A stretch of DNA of 63,766 nt, the filler included, from Octopus bimaculoides (lineage: Eukaryota): assembly GCF_001194135.2 (NCBI RefSeq). It is 5 parts of 5 records of this genome, joined end to end, with 100 filler letters (N's around TTAATTAATTAA, not from the genome) between each part and the next. Parts side by side here need not be neighbours in the genome. Positions count along the whole stretch, not along the records: positions 36,448 to 54,238 come from NW_026363977.1; positions 54,339 to 59,820 come from NC_068991.1; positions 59,921 to 63,766 come from NC_068998.1; 2 more parts are not named here. One strand, written 5' to 3'. Positions 50,693 through 61,988 of this stretch are shown here, in pieces. The notes under the pieces are model-generated. The model saw only the letters and a list, made by a program, of their open reading frames with translations, did not search any database and was not told the origin of the DNA. Each line of letters begins with the position of its first letter. The first letter of the stretch is position 1. A program made the position numbers and the translations under genes.

Positions 50693-51914
50693 ATATAAAA
50701 TATATAGTTTTAGGGAAAATAACCAAGTTTCCCTATATTTTTATCTATAAAGCTCAGTTTAATTTTAATTTTTTACAAATTGATTTTAATTGAGTTTTTA
50801 CCTGTAATTTTGGATTTTATCCCTAATATTATATATATATATATATACACATACATATATGTACATACATACACACACACATATACACATATATATACAC
50901 ACACATACATACATATATATAGTCTTAAGAATTCATAAACTTCAAGAGAATGTGAATTCAACAGTTCATTTTTGGAACAACGATGGATCTCGAGGTCAAA
51001 GTTGAAGATTGCCTTCACATTTTCCCCATCCAAAGGGATACTTAACCCAATTTTTACACCTTATTACTCATAGTTTTATTTGCTGCTCACTTTCTGTCTG
51101 TCTGTCTGTCTGTCTATCCGTCTGCCTGTCTGTCCGTCTGTCTGTCTGCCTGTCTGTCTGTCTTATACATACATCAAACACTTTCTTCCATAAACACAGG
51201 AGAACACATCACTAAGCAATGTCTATCTATGTGGATGCTACTCCCTCATCAGTACACAAGTTACAATTGATTTCACCTGTAAATGTCAGTACAGCAGCAT
51301 CTACAACAACAACAATAACAATACCAACACCAACAACATCAACAGCAGCAAATAAAAAAAAAACAACCCAGGAGCATTAACAATAAATAATCAGTATGCA
51401 ATTAACCCAGCTATCTCGTTTAATTAAAACGAGATAGTAGATACCGGGAGCAGGTAATTTACATCTGTGGACCAATGAAAATGGCTGTAAGGAGGGGAAA
51501 AGAGGAACAACATGAGGGTTGGGAGGGTGGCAGGGATGTGAGGTCAAGGTGAAGGTGGAGGGAGGATTGAACTTGGATCCTTAGCTTGGTTCAGGCAGTC
51601 AGGCAGGCAGACATGATGCTTAATAATGTGGTTTATATTGCAAGATTTAATGCATAGGATATGAGAGGGATATACAGAAACACACATTAACATATATACA
51701 TTTATACACACACACACGTACACTCGTATATATATATNNNNNNNNNNNNNNNNNNNNNNNNNNNNNNNNNNNNNNNNNNNNNNNNNNNNNNNNNNNNNNN
51801 NNNNNNNNNNNNNNNNNNNNNNNNNNNNNNNNNNNNNNNNNNNNNNNNNNNNNNNNNNNNNNNNNNNNNNNNNNNNNNNNNNNNNNNNNNNNNNNNNNNN
51901 NNNNNNNNNNNNNN

Positions 51915-52135
51915 AACGCCAACCACTCCGAGAGTGTAGTGGGTGCTTTTACGTGCCACCGGCACGAAGGCCAGTCAGGCGGTACTGGCAACGGCCATGC
52001 TCAAAATGGTGTATTTTATGTGCCACCCGCACAAGAGCCAGTCCAGGGGCACTGGCAACAATCTCGCTCGAAAGTCCTTACACATGCCGCGGGCACAAGT
52101 GCCAGAAAGGCGTCGCTGGGCACAGGTGCCATCAC
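51915..52135 (-). mobile_element. RTE-family 3' UTR fragment with internal ~67-bp repeats
   Basis: AACGCCAACCACTC.GAGAGTGTAGTGGGTGCTTTTACGTG matches 49300-49345. TTTTAYGTGCCACC.GCAC..G.GCCAGTC...CTGGCAAC occurs twice. Confidence 0.8.
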
Positions 52136-52434
52136 AATTTCGCTTTCTCTTGCCATGTATATATATATATATATATATACAATTTACTGTTGGTAAAATT
52201 ATGTACAGAATATATAGTCAGTTAAATTCCAACATGGTTAGATTTTCAGTTTGTTTCTGTTTTTGTATATACACAGAAAGTTTCATGCTATTTAGAAGCA
52301 TGCATGCATGCACGCACGTATGAACACACATAAAATTGTCCATATTAAGACCAAGGAGCCAAAAGAATATTGAAACTAAAACTGAAAACATCCACTAATT
52401 TAAAATACAACTAGCCAGATATTATGTGAAACCA

Positions 52435-52767
52435 TAAGGCAAAGATCTTCTCCAGTTTGGAAATCAGCTACCCTCTGGAAACTAGGGTAAAGACCCCCTT
52501 TGCACATGAATGACCATGGAATTGCACCTAGAAAGTTCCCCTATATATACATATATAAGTACAGGTAAGGTGATTTTGTCCAAGGGAAAGGCAAAGGCCA
52601 ATACAGCTTGGCACCAGTGATGTCGCAACTCATTTTTACAGCTGAATGCACTGGAGCAATGTGAAATAAAGTGTCTTGCTCAAGAACACAACACACAGCT
52701 CATTCTGAGAATCAAACTCACTACCTCATGGTTGTGATTCCGATGTTCAAACGACTGAGCCATGCAT
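52435..52767 (-). mobile_element. SINE family 4
   Basis: Reverse-complement homology to 42781-43130 (AAGTGTCTTGCTCAAG; CACCAGTGATGTCGCAACTCATTT). Confidence 0.7.
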
Positions 52768-52784
52768 TGATGTCACAAAAATAC

Positions 52785-53030
52785 AGGAGAAAAATAACAT
52801 CTATGGACCATTGATAAGGAGCTTGTAAATCCAGTCCCCAAGATGCACGTTCAGTTTTATACCTATTATTATTGGAGCAACAGGATACATACTAGCCCAT
52901 TCTGGAGCAAAGTATGGCAGAGCTTACATTCCTGGAGAGAGAATGCAAATTCTTAATTTATATGCTAAAAATCATTAAGATATCTGGAACAACAAAAACC
53001 AGTAAGACCTTCTTCACAACCTTGCTACCA
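52785..53030 (+). mobile_element. C-terminal fragment of an RLE-type non-LTR element
   Basis: EKNNIYGPLIRSL*IQSPRCTFSFIPIIIGATGYI resembles the RLE C-terminal EK..Y..L...IPIIIGALG motif. Confidence 0.6.
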
Positions 53031-53144
53031 AGCAAATGGCTGGTCCAAATTAACTAAATAAAAAAGGGAAAAAGAAAACTACATAAACCTCATCTAGCAA
53101 GGTTATTATCAATGATTTGACAATTTCTCCAACATCAGATGAGG

Positions 53145-53390
53145 AATATCAAATGTATTTAGGAATGGATAAAAATATTTCTTATGATAGAAGTTGCCAC
53201 AAGGAACATATCACCAGAGAATATAACGCCAGGATAAAGAAAATATGGTTCTTGGAACTTTCTGCATGCAATTAACCAATATCCCACAATATATTTGCTG
53301 ACCAGTATTCATATGGACATTCAAGCAGCTTGATTGAACGCTAGATGAGATTTGGACCATTCCAGTTGGAAGACATATCCTAGTGATTCA
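53145..53390 (+). mobile_element. Post-RT (thumb) fragment of an RLE-type non-LTR element
   Basis: EEYQMYLGMDKNISYD...EHITREYNARIKKIWFLELSACN resembles Y.YLG..E / R.KKIW.SELSA.NK. Confidence 0.6.
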
Positions 53391-53419
53391 AAACCATACA
53401 AAAAAAAAACAATAACATT

Positions 53420-53800
53420 ATCTTTTATCTTTTACTAATTTCAGTCATTAGACTGCGATCGTGCTGGGGCACCACCCTGAACAATTTGCTTTTAGTTGCA
53501 TGAATCAATCCCAGGAGTTCTTTTTAACGCCTGGTACTTATTCTGTCAGTCTCTTCTGCCACACTACTAAGTTACAGGGACAAAAACACACCAACACCAA
53601 TTGTCAAGCAGTGATAGGGGGGACAAACACACATATATACATATGTATATAAATACATACAACTGGCTTATTTCAGTTTCCGTCAACCAAATCCACTCAC
53701 AAGGCTTTGGTCAGCCCAAGGCTATGATAGAAGAGACTTGCCCAAGGTGTTACATAATGGGACTGAACTCGGGCCCATGTGGTTGGGAAGCAAGCTTCTT
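53420..53800 (-). mobile_element. SINE family 1, decayed, near full length
   Basis: Collinear with 37348-37743. Confidence 0.85.
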
Positions 53801-54026
53801 ATTTTTTTATTGCCCACAAGGGGCTAAACATAGAGGAGACAAACAAGGACGGACAAAGGGATTAAGTCGATTACTTTGACCCCGGTGCGTGACTGGTACT
53901 TAATTTATCGACCCCGAAAGGATGAAAAGCAAAGTCGACCTCGGCGGAATTTGAACTCAGAACGTAACGGCAGACGAAATACCGCTAAGTATTTCATCCA
54001 GCGTGCTAACGTTTCTGCCAGCTCGC
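53801..54026 (-). mobile_element. SINE family 3, near-consensus copy
   Basis: Head, central block and tail intact, with most CpGs retained. Confidence 0.9.
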
Positions 54027-54048
54027 ATATATGTATATGTGTGTGTGT

Positions 54049-54126
54049 CCGAGCGTCATACTAATATATACTTTTGTTATTTACACCACCTGTCCTCGTC
54101 TGTTGTTATTATTTGTATATTCTCCC
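54049..54126 (+). mobile_element. Fragment of the 39793 family, identical to 43543-43620
   Basis: 78-nt exact match read directly. Confidence 0.8.
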
Positions 54127-54158
<32 letters not shown>

Positions 54159-54238
54159 ATATGCATATATATGCATATATATATGTACATATATATATGT
54201 GTGTGTATATATATGTGTATATATATGTGTATATATAT

Positions 54239-54338
54239 NNNNNNNNNNNNNNNNNNNNNNNNNNNNNNNNNNNNNNNNNNNNTTAATTAATTAANNNNNN
54301 NNNNNNNNNNNNNNNNNNNNNNNNNNNNNNNNNNNNNN
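54239..54338. other. Artificial scaffold linker 44N-TTAATTAATTAA-44N
   Basis: Same layout as the other linkers. Confidence 0.95.
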
Positions 54339-54571
54339 CTTGTGCGGGTGGCACATAAAAGACACCATTTCGAGCGTGGCCGTTTTCGTGCGGGTGACAC
54401 GTAAAAGCACCCACTACACTCTCTGAGTGGTTGGCGTTAGGAAGGGCATCCAGCTGTAGAAACTCTGCCAAATCAGACTGGAGCCTGGTGTTGCCATCCG
54501 GTTTCACCAGTCCTCAGTCAAATTGTCCAACCCATGCTAGCATGGAAAGCGGACGTTAAACGATGATGATG
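54339..54571 (+). mobile_element. RTE-family 3' end with (GAT)n tail, young copy
   Basis: Nearly identical to the reverse complement of 49153-49351. Confidence 0.9.
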
Positions 54572-54904
54572 AACTAAGGTGAGTGTGTATCTTTGTATAA
54601 CTAGCTGTTTTCCATTTCCTAGTGAAACAAATGTCTTTACACCTTTTATGAGGTTAGAGCTTTCTTATAAGAACAAGCTGTTGGCCTCATGCCTAATTAG
54701 GATAAGCTTCATCTGGTGTCTTTGTGTGATCTGCTTTCTACAACATGCTAAATAATACAGCTCAACTATTATTTTATACTTTTTCCTGTGCTAGATATTT
54801 ACAAAATGTGCCTTATCAATTCCTTATGGAACATACTCTTTTATAATGAATCATTTTCCTTTTACATATTTCTGCTTCGGCATTGTCAATGTTTCCAGTG
54901 TGTG

Positions 54905-54947
<43 letters not shown>

Positions 54948-55457
54948 ACGTGCACATGCACACGTTTTCCTTACAATAACCAACTTGAACCTCAAATGGA
55001 CAGCCTGTCATTGTATATCCAATTGTTTCAGAGTAAATATTACTATCATTACTGCTGCTGTTGCTGCTATTATTGAATTTCTTTCTTTCTGGTTTGTTAC
55101 ATGCAGTTGAATGCATATGCATGAGAGCAAACTAAGTATATTTTTCTTGTGTACATGTTTACTAGCTTATATGCATATTTACATGTGTGTGTATCTGTAT
55201 ATTTTCACATTCATGTTTGTAGCAAGTTAGACATAAGTAATAAATAGTAAAAAAAATTGTGATTTAAGAAGATCATAAACAGATACTAGTTTGGCACTGA
55301 CAAGTTGAAATGACATGACCTTTTATAGCAGAATTTGGTAAGTTTCTCATCACCTATCAAAATTGTTTATAATGTTAGAATCTTACACACATTTTAAGTA
55401 TGAAGCACCAACAACAATATGTTCACATTGAATTATTATTATTACTATTGTTGTTGC

Positions 55458-55490
<33 letters not shown>

Positions 55491-55491
55491 C

Positions 55492-56026
55492 ATTGAGTAA
55501 GAGAGCAGTGCATGCCATCAAAGTGACACTGGGGTAAAATATACGAAGCCCAATATACTCATCATGACTACCCGTCTGATAAGGGTACATCAGGCACATG
55601 CATCACAACCATATGTGTGCGACATGGTGATCTCATATTAAGATAAACAGCGCATGACCTTGCAGGCTAGAATTTTCTTCAGGTCAAGTAGCCCATCCCG
55701 CTCAAAAAGTCCCTGAATAAGAGTTGTATGAAAGACCCATGTTTCCAAAAGTGAATTATCCAAACCCAAAGAATTCCTCTCAACACATAGCTATGATGCT
55801 TCCTCACTATGTCTGCTCGTGATCAGAGATGCACATATTGTCAGCCACCAAGGGACATGCTCAACTGATTGAGGTCAAACAAGTGACAAGCAAATCTGTG
55901 GTATTGAGCAAAATATTTTTCTGTAGCCCATCTTTTATACCAAGACAAAACATGTACATGATAACACTTCCAATCAGTTAAGATGAGAAGCCATGAGAGC
56001 CAGTGCCTGGTATTGCATCAGGGCAT
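55492..56026 (-). mobile_element. Non-coding ~535-bp element flanked by (TAA)n on both sides
   Basis: (TTA)n at 55433-55491 and 56027-56040. A second partial copy lies at 57200-57383. No ORF and no obvious tRNA head. Confidence 0.75.
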
Positions 56027-56748
56027 TTATTATTATTATTTTTTTTTTTTTTCTACTTTTAACCTGCATGTTTGTTACAGTTACTTGCTGAGACACACCC
56101 AGCATTCTGGGGCGAGTGAAGGATAAGAGATGTTACATTATGACTGAAAGCTTGGGGAGGGGAAGTAGCGAAATATCTTGATGTAATACAACATAGACAT
56201 TTAAGTGGATAGGGCTTTTCTAAGGATGTGGGCAGTACTTGTCAGCACAATCTTTTGGATTTCTCTGAGACTTGGTTCACCTGGGATGTTATCTAGCTGC
56301 TTCTGACATTCCTTTTTTTATTATACTTAGAGCACCTACAATAACAGGAACAGTTCTTGCTTTAAGATGCCACATCTTTTGTATTTCAATTTCCAGATCC
56401 TTACATTTACTTAGTTTGTCAAATTCCTTCACATATTTATTTTTATTGATGGGAACATTTACATCTATTAGTCTACAAGTATTTTCTTCCATGTCTTTAA
56501 TAATTATGTCTGGTCAATTATCCTAGATCATTCTGTCAAAGTTAACAGGAAAATCCCAGGGGATAGTGACATTTTTACCTTCAACGACTGGCTCATGATG
56601 ATGTTCATACCAGTAAGCAGGAGTGCTGATTTTGTAGTGTTTACAATGTAAATACTGTCCTACTCTGTTGTGGCAATTTTTGTATTTGTTTGGTGTCAGC
56701 ACAGGACATCCCGAGACGAGATGGTCTATTGTTTCATTCTTATCATCA
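56027..56748 (-). mobile_element. R4/Dong-type 3' segment (CCHC knuckle, RLE, 3' UTR, A/(AAT) tail)
   Basis: DDKNETIDHLVSGCPVL...VGQYLH...WYEHH..PVVEGKNVTIPWDFPV...PDIIIKDMEENTCRLIDVNVP...KEFDKLSKCKDLEIEIQKMWHLK.RTVPVIVGALS. Confidence 0.9.
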
Positions 56749-57199
56749 TTATTATTATCATTATTATTATTTTGATGAAAATGCTTTGCTTATTTTGTTG
56801 AGTATAATGGAAAGTGTCAGCTGTCCACAGCCAGCAGACTAAGGTAACACTTGTTTACTGATCATGCTTCAAGAACCCTGTGAACTCTTGCAGTTCCAAG
56901 TAATGATGCTTTTTGTAAGTGTTCTATCTTTACATTTGTACCAACCTTAAGTCATGTTGGTAGGTGAGTGTTGATACTTCCAAGTGCACCAATCACTATT
57001 GGTATCATGTCCACTCTCTTCATTGCCCACGACCTGCATATTTCTCCCTTCAGATCATCATAGTTGTTTAATTTTTCTTCTTCTTTCTCATTGACACTGT
57101 TGTCACTGGAACATGCTATGTTAATTATCATGCAAGTTTTTTCTCTTTATGTTCACCACAAAAATGTCAGGTTTATGATGTCTGATCTGATGGTCACTG
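56749..57199 (-). mobile_element. 3' end of a second, different R4/Dong-type family with its own (AAT)n tail
   Basis: SDHQIRHHKPDIFVVNIKR...KKLNNYDDLKGEICRSWAMKRVDMIPIVIGALGSINTHL, then a 3' UTR unlike that of 56027-56748. Confidence 0.8.
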
Positions 57200-57383
57200 T
57201 TATTACTATTATTGAGTGAGGGACCAGTGCATGCCATCAAAGTGATACTGGGGTACAAACATACAAAGCCGAATATACCCATCATGGCTAGCCATCTGAT
57301 AAAGGTACACCAGGCACATGCATCACAACCATATGTGTGCATCATGGTGATCTCATATCAAGATAAACAGTGCATTACCTTAC
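57200..57383 (-). mobile_element. 3' part of the non-coding (TAA)n-flanked element
   Basis: Aligns to 55492-55670 (CAGTGCATGCCATCAAAGTGA...CAGGCACATGCATCACAACCATATGTG...AAGATAAACAG). Confidence 0.85.
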
Positions 57384-59602
57384 ATCTCCAGCATTTAGAG
57401 ATTCATTGTCACTGTTCAAAGTCGGTGTGGTTCTCCATGATCTCATACTTACAGACAAAAAGTTTCGCAGAGTAGGAGCTGTTTCATACATTTCCAGACA
57501 TTTTTTAATCCAGCAATGTGGTAGGCTATCAGAAGCTTTTTATAGTCTATCCAGGATATTGGCAAGTTTTTGTGTCATTTGTCACAATCTTCTGAGATCA
57601 TCTTATTGATGAGTAGCTGATCTTTACAACCATAAGATCCACGTTTACATCCTTTTTGCTCATTAGGGAATATGCTACTTTCTATTAAAAAACTATAGGT
57701 ATATTCAGTCNNNNNNNNNNCAACCATAAGATCCACGTTTACATCCTTTTTGCTCATTAGGGAATATGCTACTTTCTATTAAAAAACTATAGGTATATTC
57801 AGTCAGGACAGATGTTAGCATTTTATACATTGTTGTTAAGCAGGTTATGAGTTGATAATTTTTTGGTTCATTTGTTTCTTCATTTTTTGGAAGTAAGAAT
57901 GTTAAACCATTAACTAGCCAAGAGGGAATCATACTAGGATGCTGCAAAACATTGTTGTAAAGTTTTGTTAGTAGTTCATGGACTCTGGGAAGGCATTCAA
58001 CCAGAAGTTAGGAATTTTATCCTTTCCTGGAGACTTCCATTTGCTTTACCTCCTGAGAGCAGATCTTATATCTTCTACCTTGACACCCTCCCACTTTTGC
58101 TCCTCTAAGGAGTCTAAGTCTGTAGATATTCTATCAATCCAAGGGGCCTTTTCATTGTGTGTTTTTTCTTCTGCCCAAATTTTATTCCAAAATTCCTGCA
58201 CTTCTTCTTTTGATGGGACTGACTTTATTGTTACTGGTGTTTTCCCTATCTTCCTGTAGAAATTTTTGGGGTTATTTTTTAACATGTTATTATCTCTGAA
58301 GAATCTAACACACTTTTCACACCTTGCTATATGGGCAGCTTTAGCACATACCTTTTGCTTGATGGTTTCTTTGGTGGCATCAATGTCAACTATGGGTTTC
58401 ATATATTATTTCTTTAGTTTTTGGGTCTTTGTAGGTTTGATACTCTTGTCAAATTTAAGGTTTTTCAAACATTCTATGTCAGACCTAAGTAGCTTAATTT
58501 GGTGTTGAATACACTCTTGCCAAGAAAGCTTTTTGTGGGAATGTTGTCATTTTCTAATCATTTCACCACATAGAATCGTTGAGATTTTCTCGGATACATA
58601 GTACAGGTGGTTGAGATCTGTAATATCAACAACATTAGCTGAAATTATATCCTTAAGTGCAAAGCGGATTTTACCAATTATTTTCAGGTTTTGGTTAGAA
58701 TTGCAAATTTTTGGGAGAGTATCGCATTCATTCATACTGGTTTCTTTAATTTTCAGCCATTCAATCATGATTTGATTTTTTAGANNNNNNNNNNGTAGGG
58801 TCTTACTTCAAGGTGTTTCTGTCTCCAATTTAAGTAGGTTTGTACAGTATTAGATTTATTTGTGGGGAAATATATGGCATGGTAGAAGGCCATAAGAACT
58901 TCTTTATCATCTTCCCTAGACCATTTTTCATTCTTTTTCTTTTGGCTGTTTGATGACGAGCATGGATGGCCATCTGTTGGTATATTCCGGTTGTGGGGTA
59001 CTTCCAGCTCCTGTGTGTCAGAAAGATTTGAACCAGTAGCTGATTTCTCGTATTGAATCTGGTTCCTCATTCGAGTACGTGGCCTTTTGTTATCCGGTCG
59101 ATGATCATTCCGGTTTGTATTTTGCTTTGTTAACAGTGAGGTATGATGAGCTTCAACGTTGCCATTAGGGGACAGATCTGTCTGTTTAGGGTTAATTTTT
59201 TGAGACAACACTGTCTCCGAGTTCTCTGCATGTAAACATTGCTCGTAATGTAGCTTCTTAAGGCTAACAGATCTATATCAAGTACATGGCCCTTTGTGAT
59301 CTGGTCAAAGACTAATCTGGTTTGTAATTTGCTTTGTTATCATTGAGGTATGATGAGCTTCGACATTGACATTAGGGGATGGATTTGTTTGTATAGGGTC
59401 ATTTTTTTGAGACAATACCATCACCGAGTTCTCTGCATGTAAACATTGCTCGTACCATAGCTTCTTAAGACTAACAGATCTGTATTCATCTGTATTGTTT
59501 TTGTTGATAGGTTTATCTCCGAGCATAGTTTTTTGTGGTGTTTTTAAACTTATGAATGGTTCACTCTGTGTTAGTTTGAAAAATAAAAAAATAGAAAAAA
59601 AT
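57380..59602 (-). mobile_element. R4/Dong-type 5' segment (5' end, N-terminus, RT N-half), pseudogenised
   Basis: KWSREDDKEVLMAFYHAI; KNNPKNFYRKIGK; PSWLVNGLTFLLPKNEETNEPKNYQLITCLTTMYK; EQKGCKRGSYGCKDQLLINKMI; WIDYKKASDSLPHCWI. (AAT)n lies directly upstream at ~59603-59650. Confidence 0.9.
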
Positions 59603-59615
59603 ATTATTATTATTA

Positions 59616-59650
<35 letters not shown>

Positions 59651-59820
59651 TTATGTTTGACTTTTGTTTTGCATTTGTACAAGTTGGATCCAAGTCTCAC
59701 CCAGAGACCTCAAGAGACAACAAGTTAGAAGTTCATGTAGGTGTTATGCCTAGGGTACCATATATTTGGATTTGTACAGTTTTGTTCAAAGTGAATGTTT
59801 AAGAAACCATAAGAAAATTA

Positions 59821-59920
59821 NNNNNNNNNNNNNNNNNNNNNNNNNNNNNNNNNNNNNNNNNNNNTTAATTAATTAANNNNNNNNNNNNNNNNNNNNNNNN
59901 NNNNNNNNNNNNNNNNNNNN
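59821..59920. other. Artificial scaffold linker 44N-TTAATTAATTAA-44N
   Basis: Same layout as the other linkers. Confidence 0.95.
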
Positions 59921-61724
59921 ATATGTATATATATATATATAGTCAGGTGTAGGAACGTATATAAGCATTATCGCGTCAAGTGTTTGGAGTATATAAACAT
60001 TTTTTGTACGACAACAGTATAATATTATTATGGTTGTTTGGTGATATACAAGGCTATGGGGCAATGTGGTATCATTTTCTGAGAAAGCGATATTAATAAC
60101 GATCTCCATGCGAAAATGGTAGTACGGTCTCTAGTGTACACTATTTCATGTTGAGTCAATTATAACTGTGGGCCAGAGTTTTACCTTTCCTTGCATAGGA
60201 ATTGCAAAAACTACTATTATCTCAAGTTCAAATTTGTTTCCTCTCTTGCATGTGTAGTGTCTCATAACACTGTTTGGTGGTAAAAGAGTGACGCCGCAGG
60301 AAATGACTTTATCCTGGGAAAATCCACCTTGCGAGCAGTTTGTAACACTTCGGGTGTGGCTATTAAATGAGAATACTTCACGTGTGCTTCATTCTATTGC
60401 AATTTCTGGAGCTGGAATCGATGTGGTCTAAACGAAAAGCCCTATTTGTAACATCAGGGGAATAAAGTTACGCTCAACTTTGCACAGCACTTCACTGAAA
60501 ACTGGTCATTAAAGTGTCTCTAATACAAATGCATATATACATATATATGTATTTGTTTTGTCAGTTTTCTGATGTGAAATTGTGTAACGAAACATATAGT
60601 GACATTCTTTTTGTTAATAAATACATGTACTATACATTCGTTCTTCACTTCAGATATATTTTATTAGTTTTGTGAATTTACAACATAGAAAGACAAAATG
60701 AACTGAATAGGACAGGAGAACACACGAAGGATGGTGTGTTGCTGGAGACGCCACAATATATGTGATGAAAGATTTCCAGTCATACAATAGGAACAATAAT
60801 AAAATAGATCTGAATGAAGAACCAATATATAATGCTTGTGTTTATTTGGCAAAAATTAGGCTATCCCAAAATATAACAATATGCGTATATAGGGTGAGAC
60901 TCACACGCAAACACACACACATGTACATACACTTGCACACACACACTCACACACACACATATATATATATATAATATACCATGTAATTATGCATGGAAAC
61001 ATGCATACCTGTCATATTATGACATTAGATCAACTATAGGCATATATTTGCATTGTAGGAAGAAATACATAAAATAAAACTTAACCATAAAGAATGAGCA
61101 AGTGGCTGGGAAATGAATGTGTTTTACAGAGCGAAGAAATTTAATTGAGGACTCATTGATTTGGGCTGTGATGTATGAAATTTCATATTTAATTTAATTA
61201 CTTTATTCATTTAGTAATTAATTCTCTAATTTCCTAATTATCTGATATCACAAATGGAACACAAACAATGCAGCCCGTTTGTTATTTGACAACACGACCT
61301 CCCAAATTAAATGCACAGTCACACACAGGTAGACACAAACACTCAGACACATACACACATACAACTACCGCACTTGCTAATATTTCTTTGTGTGTAATAA
61401 TACATTTTTTTCCTCTTACATTTATAAGTGAGAAATATGAGTCTGCTTCAAGTACAATTTCTCGCAGAAACGAATAAATATGATATACGTGTGTGTACAA
61501 AATAAAAGGAAAGTAATTTATTTCTACGCTGAACCGGAGTTATTGAAACAATTATTTTGCATTGCAATTAAATCTATTGTTAATTAATTAGCATTGAAAA
61601 CATAATTATTGTTCATTTTTAAACAAAGCAATATGTTGAGCTAATATGTCTACAAAACAAAGAGGTTAATTGTAAAAAGAACACGAAAAAATTGGAACTG
61701 AATCATTGTTAGCAGTTTTCACAG

Positions 61725-61779
<55 letters not shown>

Positions 61780-61780
61780 T

Positions 61781-61815
<35 letters not shown>

Positions 61816-61840
61816 CAATTTGTCTAAAATATGTCCCAAT

Positions 61841-61858
61841 CCCTAACCCTAACCCTAA
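61841..61858. repeat. (CCCTAA)3 telomere-like repeat
   Basis: Three perfect units read directly. Confidence 0.85.
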
Positions 61859-61988
61859 CCCAATTCCTCTGTTATTTTACTGCATTAACTATAACGCCCA
61901 TATAGTTTCAGCATCCCAAAATTTTAAGCGGGATTGTAAAGAATCCGCGTAAAATTTCGTATCATTGTGTTTCCTATATTATATTTAT

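Noticed and set aside
49153-54571. Near-identical inverted RTE ends as a 5-kb dsRNA pair
   Set aside because: An artificial linker (54239-54338) separates them, so they are not known neighbours.
57627-57804. 84-bp direct duplication inside the Dong RT
   Set aside because: Identical copies either side of a 10-N gap indicate an assembly artefact.
808-60109. Most long ORFs in the supplied track
   Set aside because: They run through N gaps or translate microsatellites (YI, CV, HT, poly-I/Y/S), or are antisense shadows. They are not genes.
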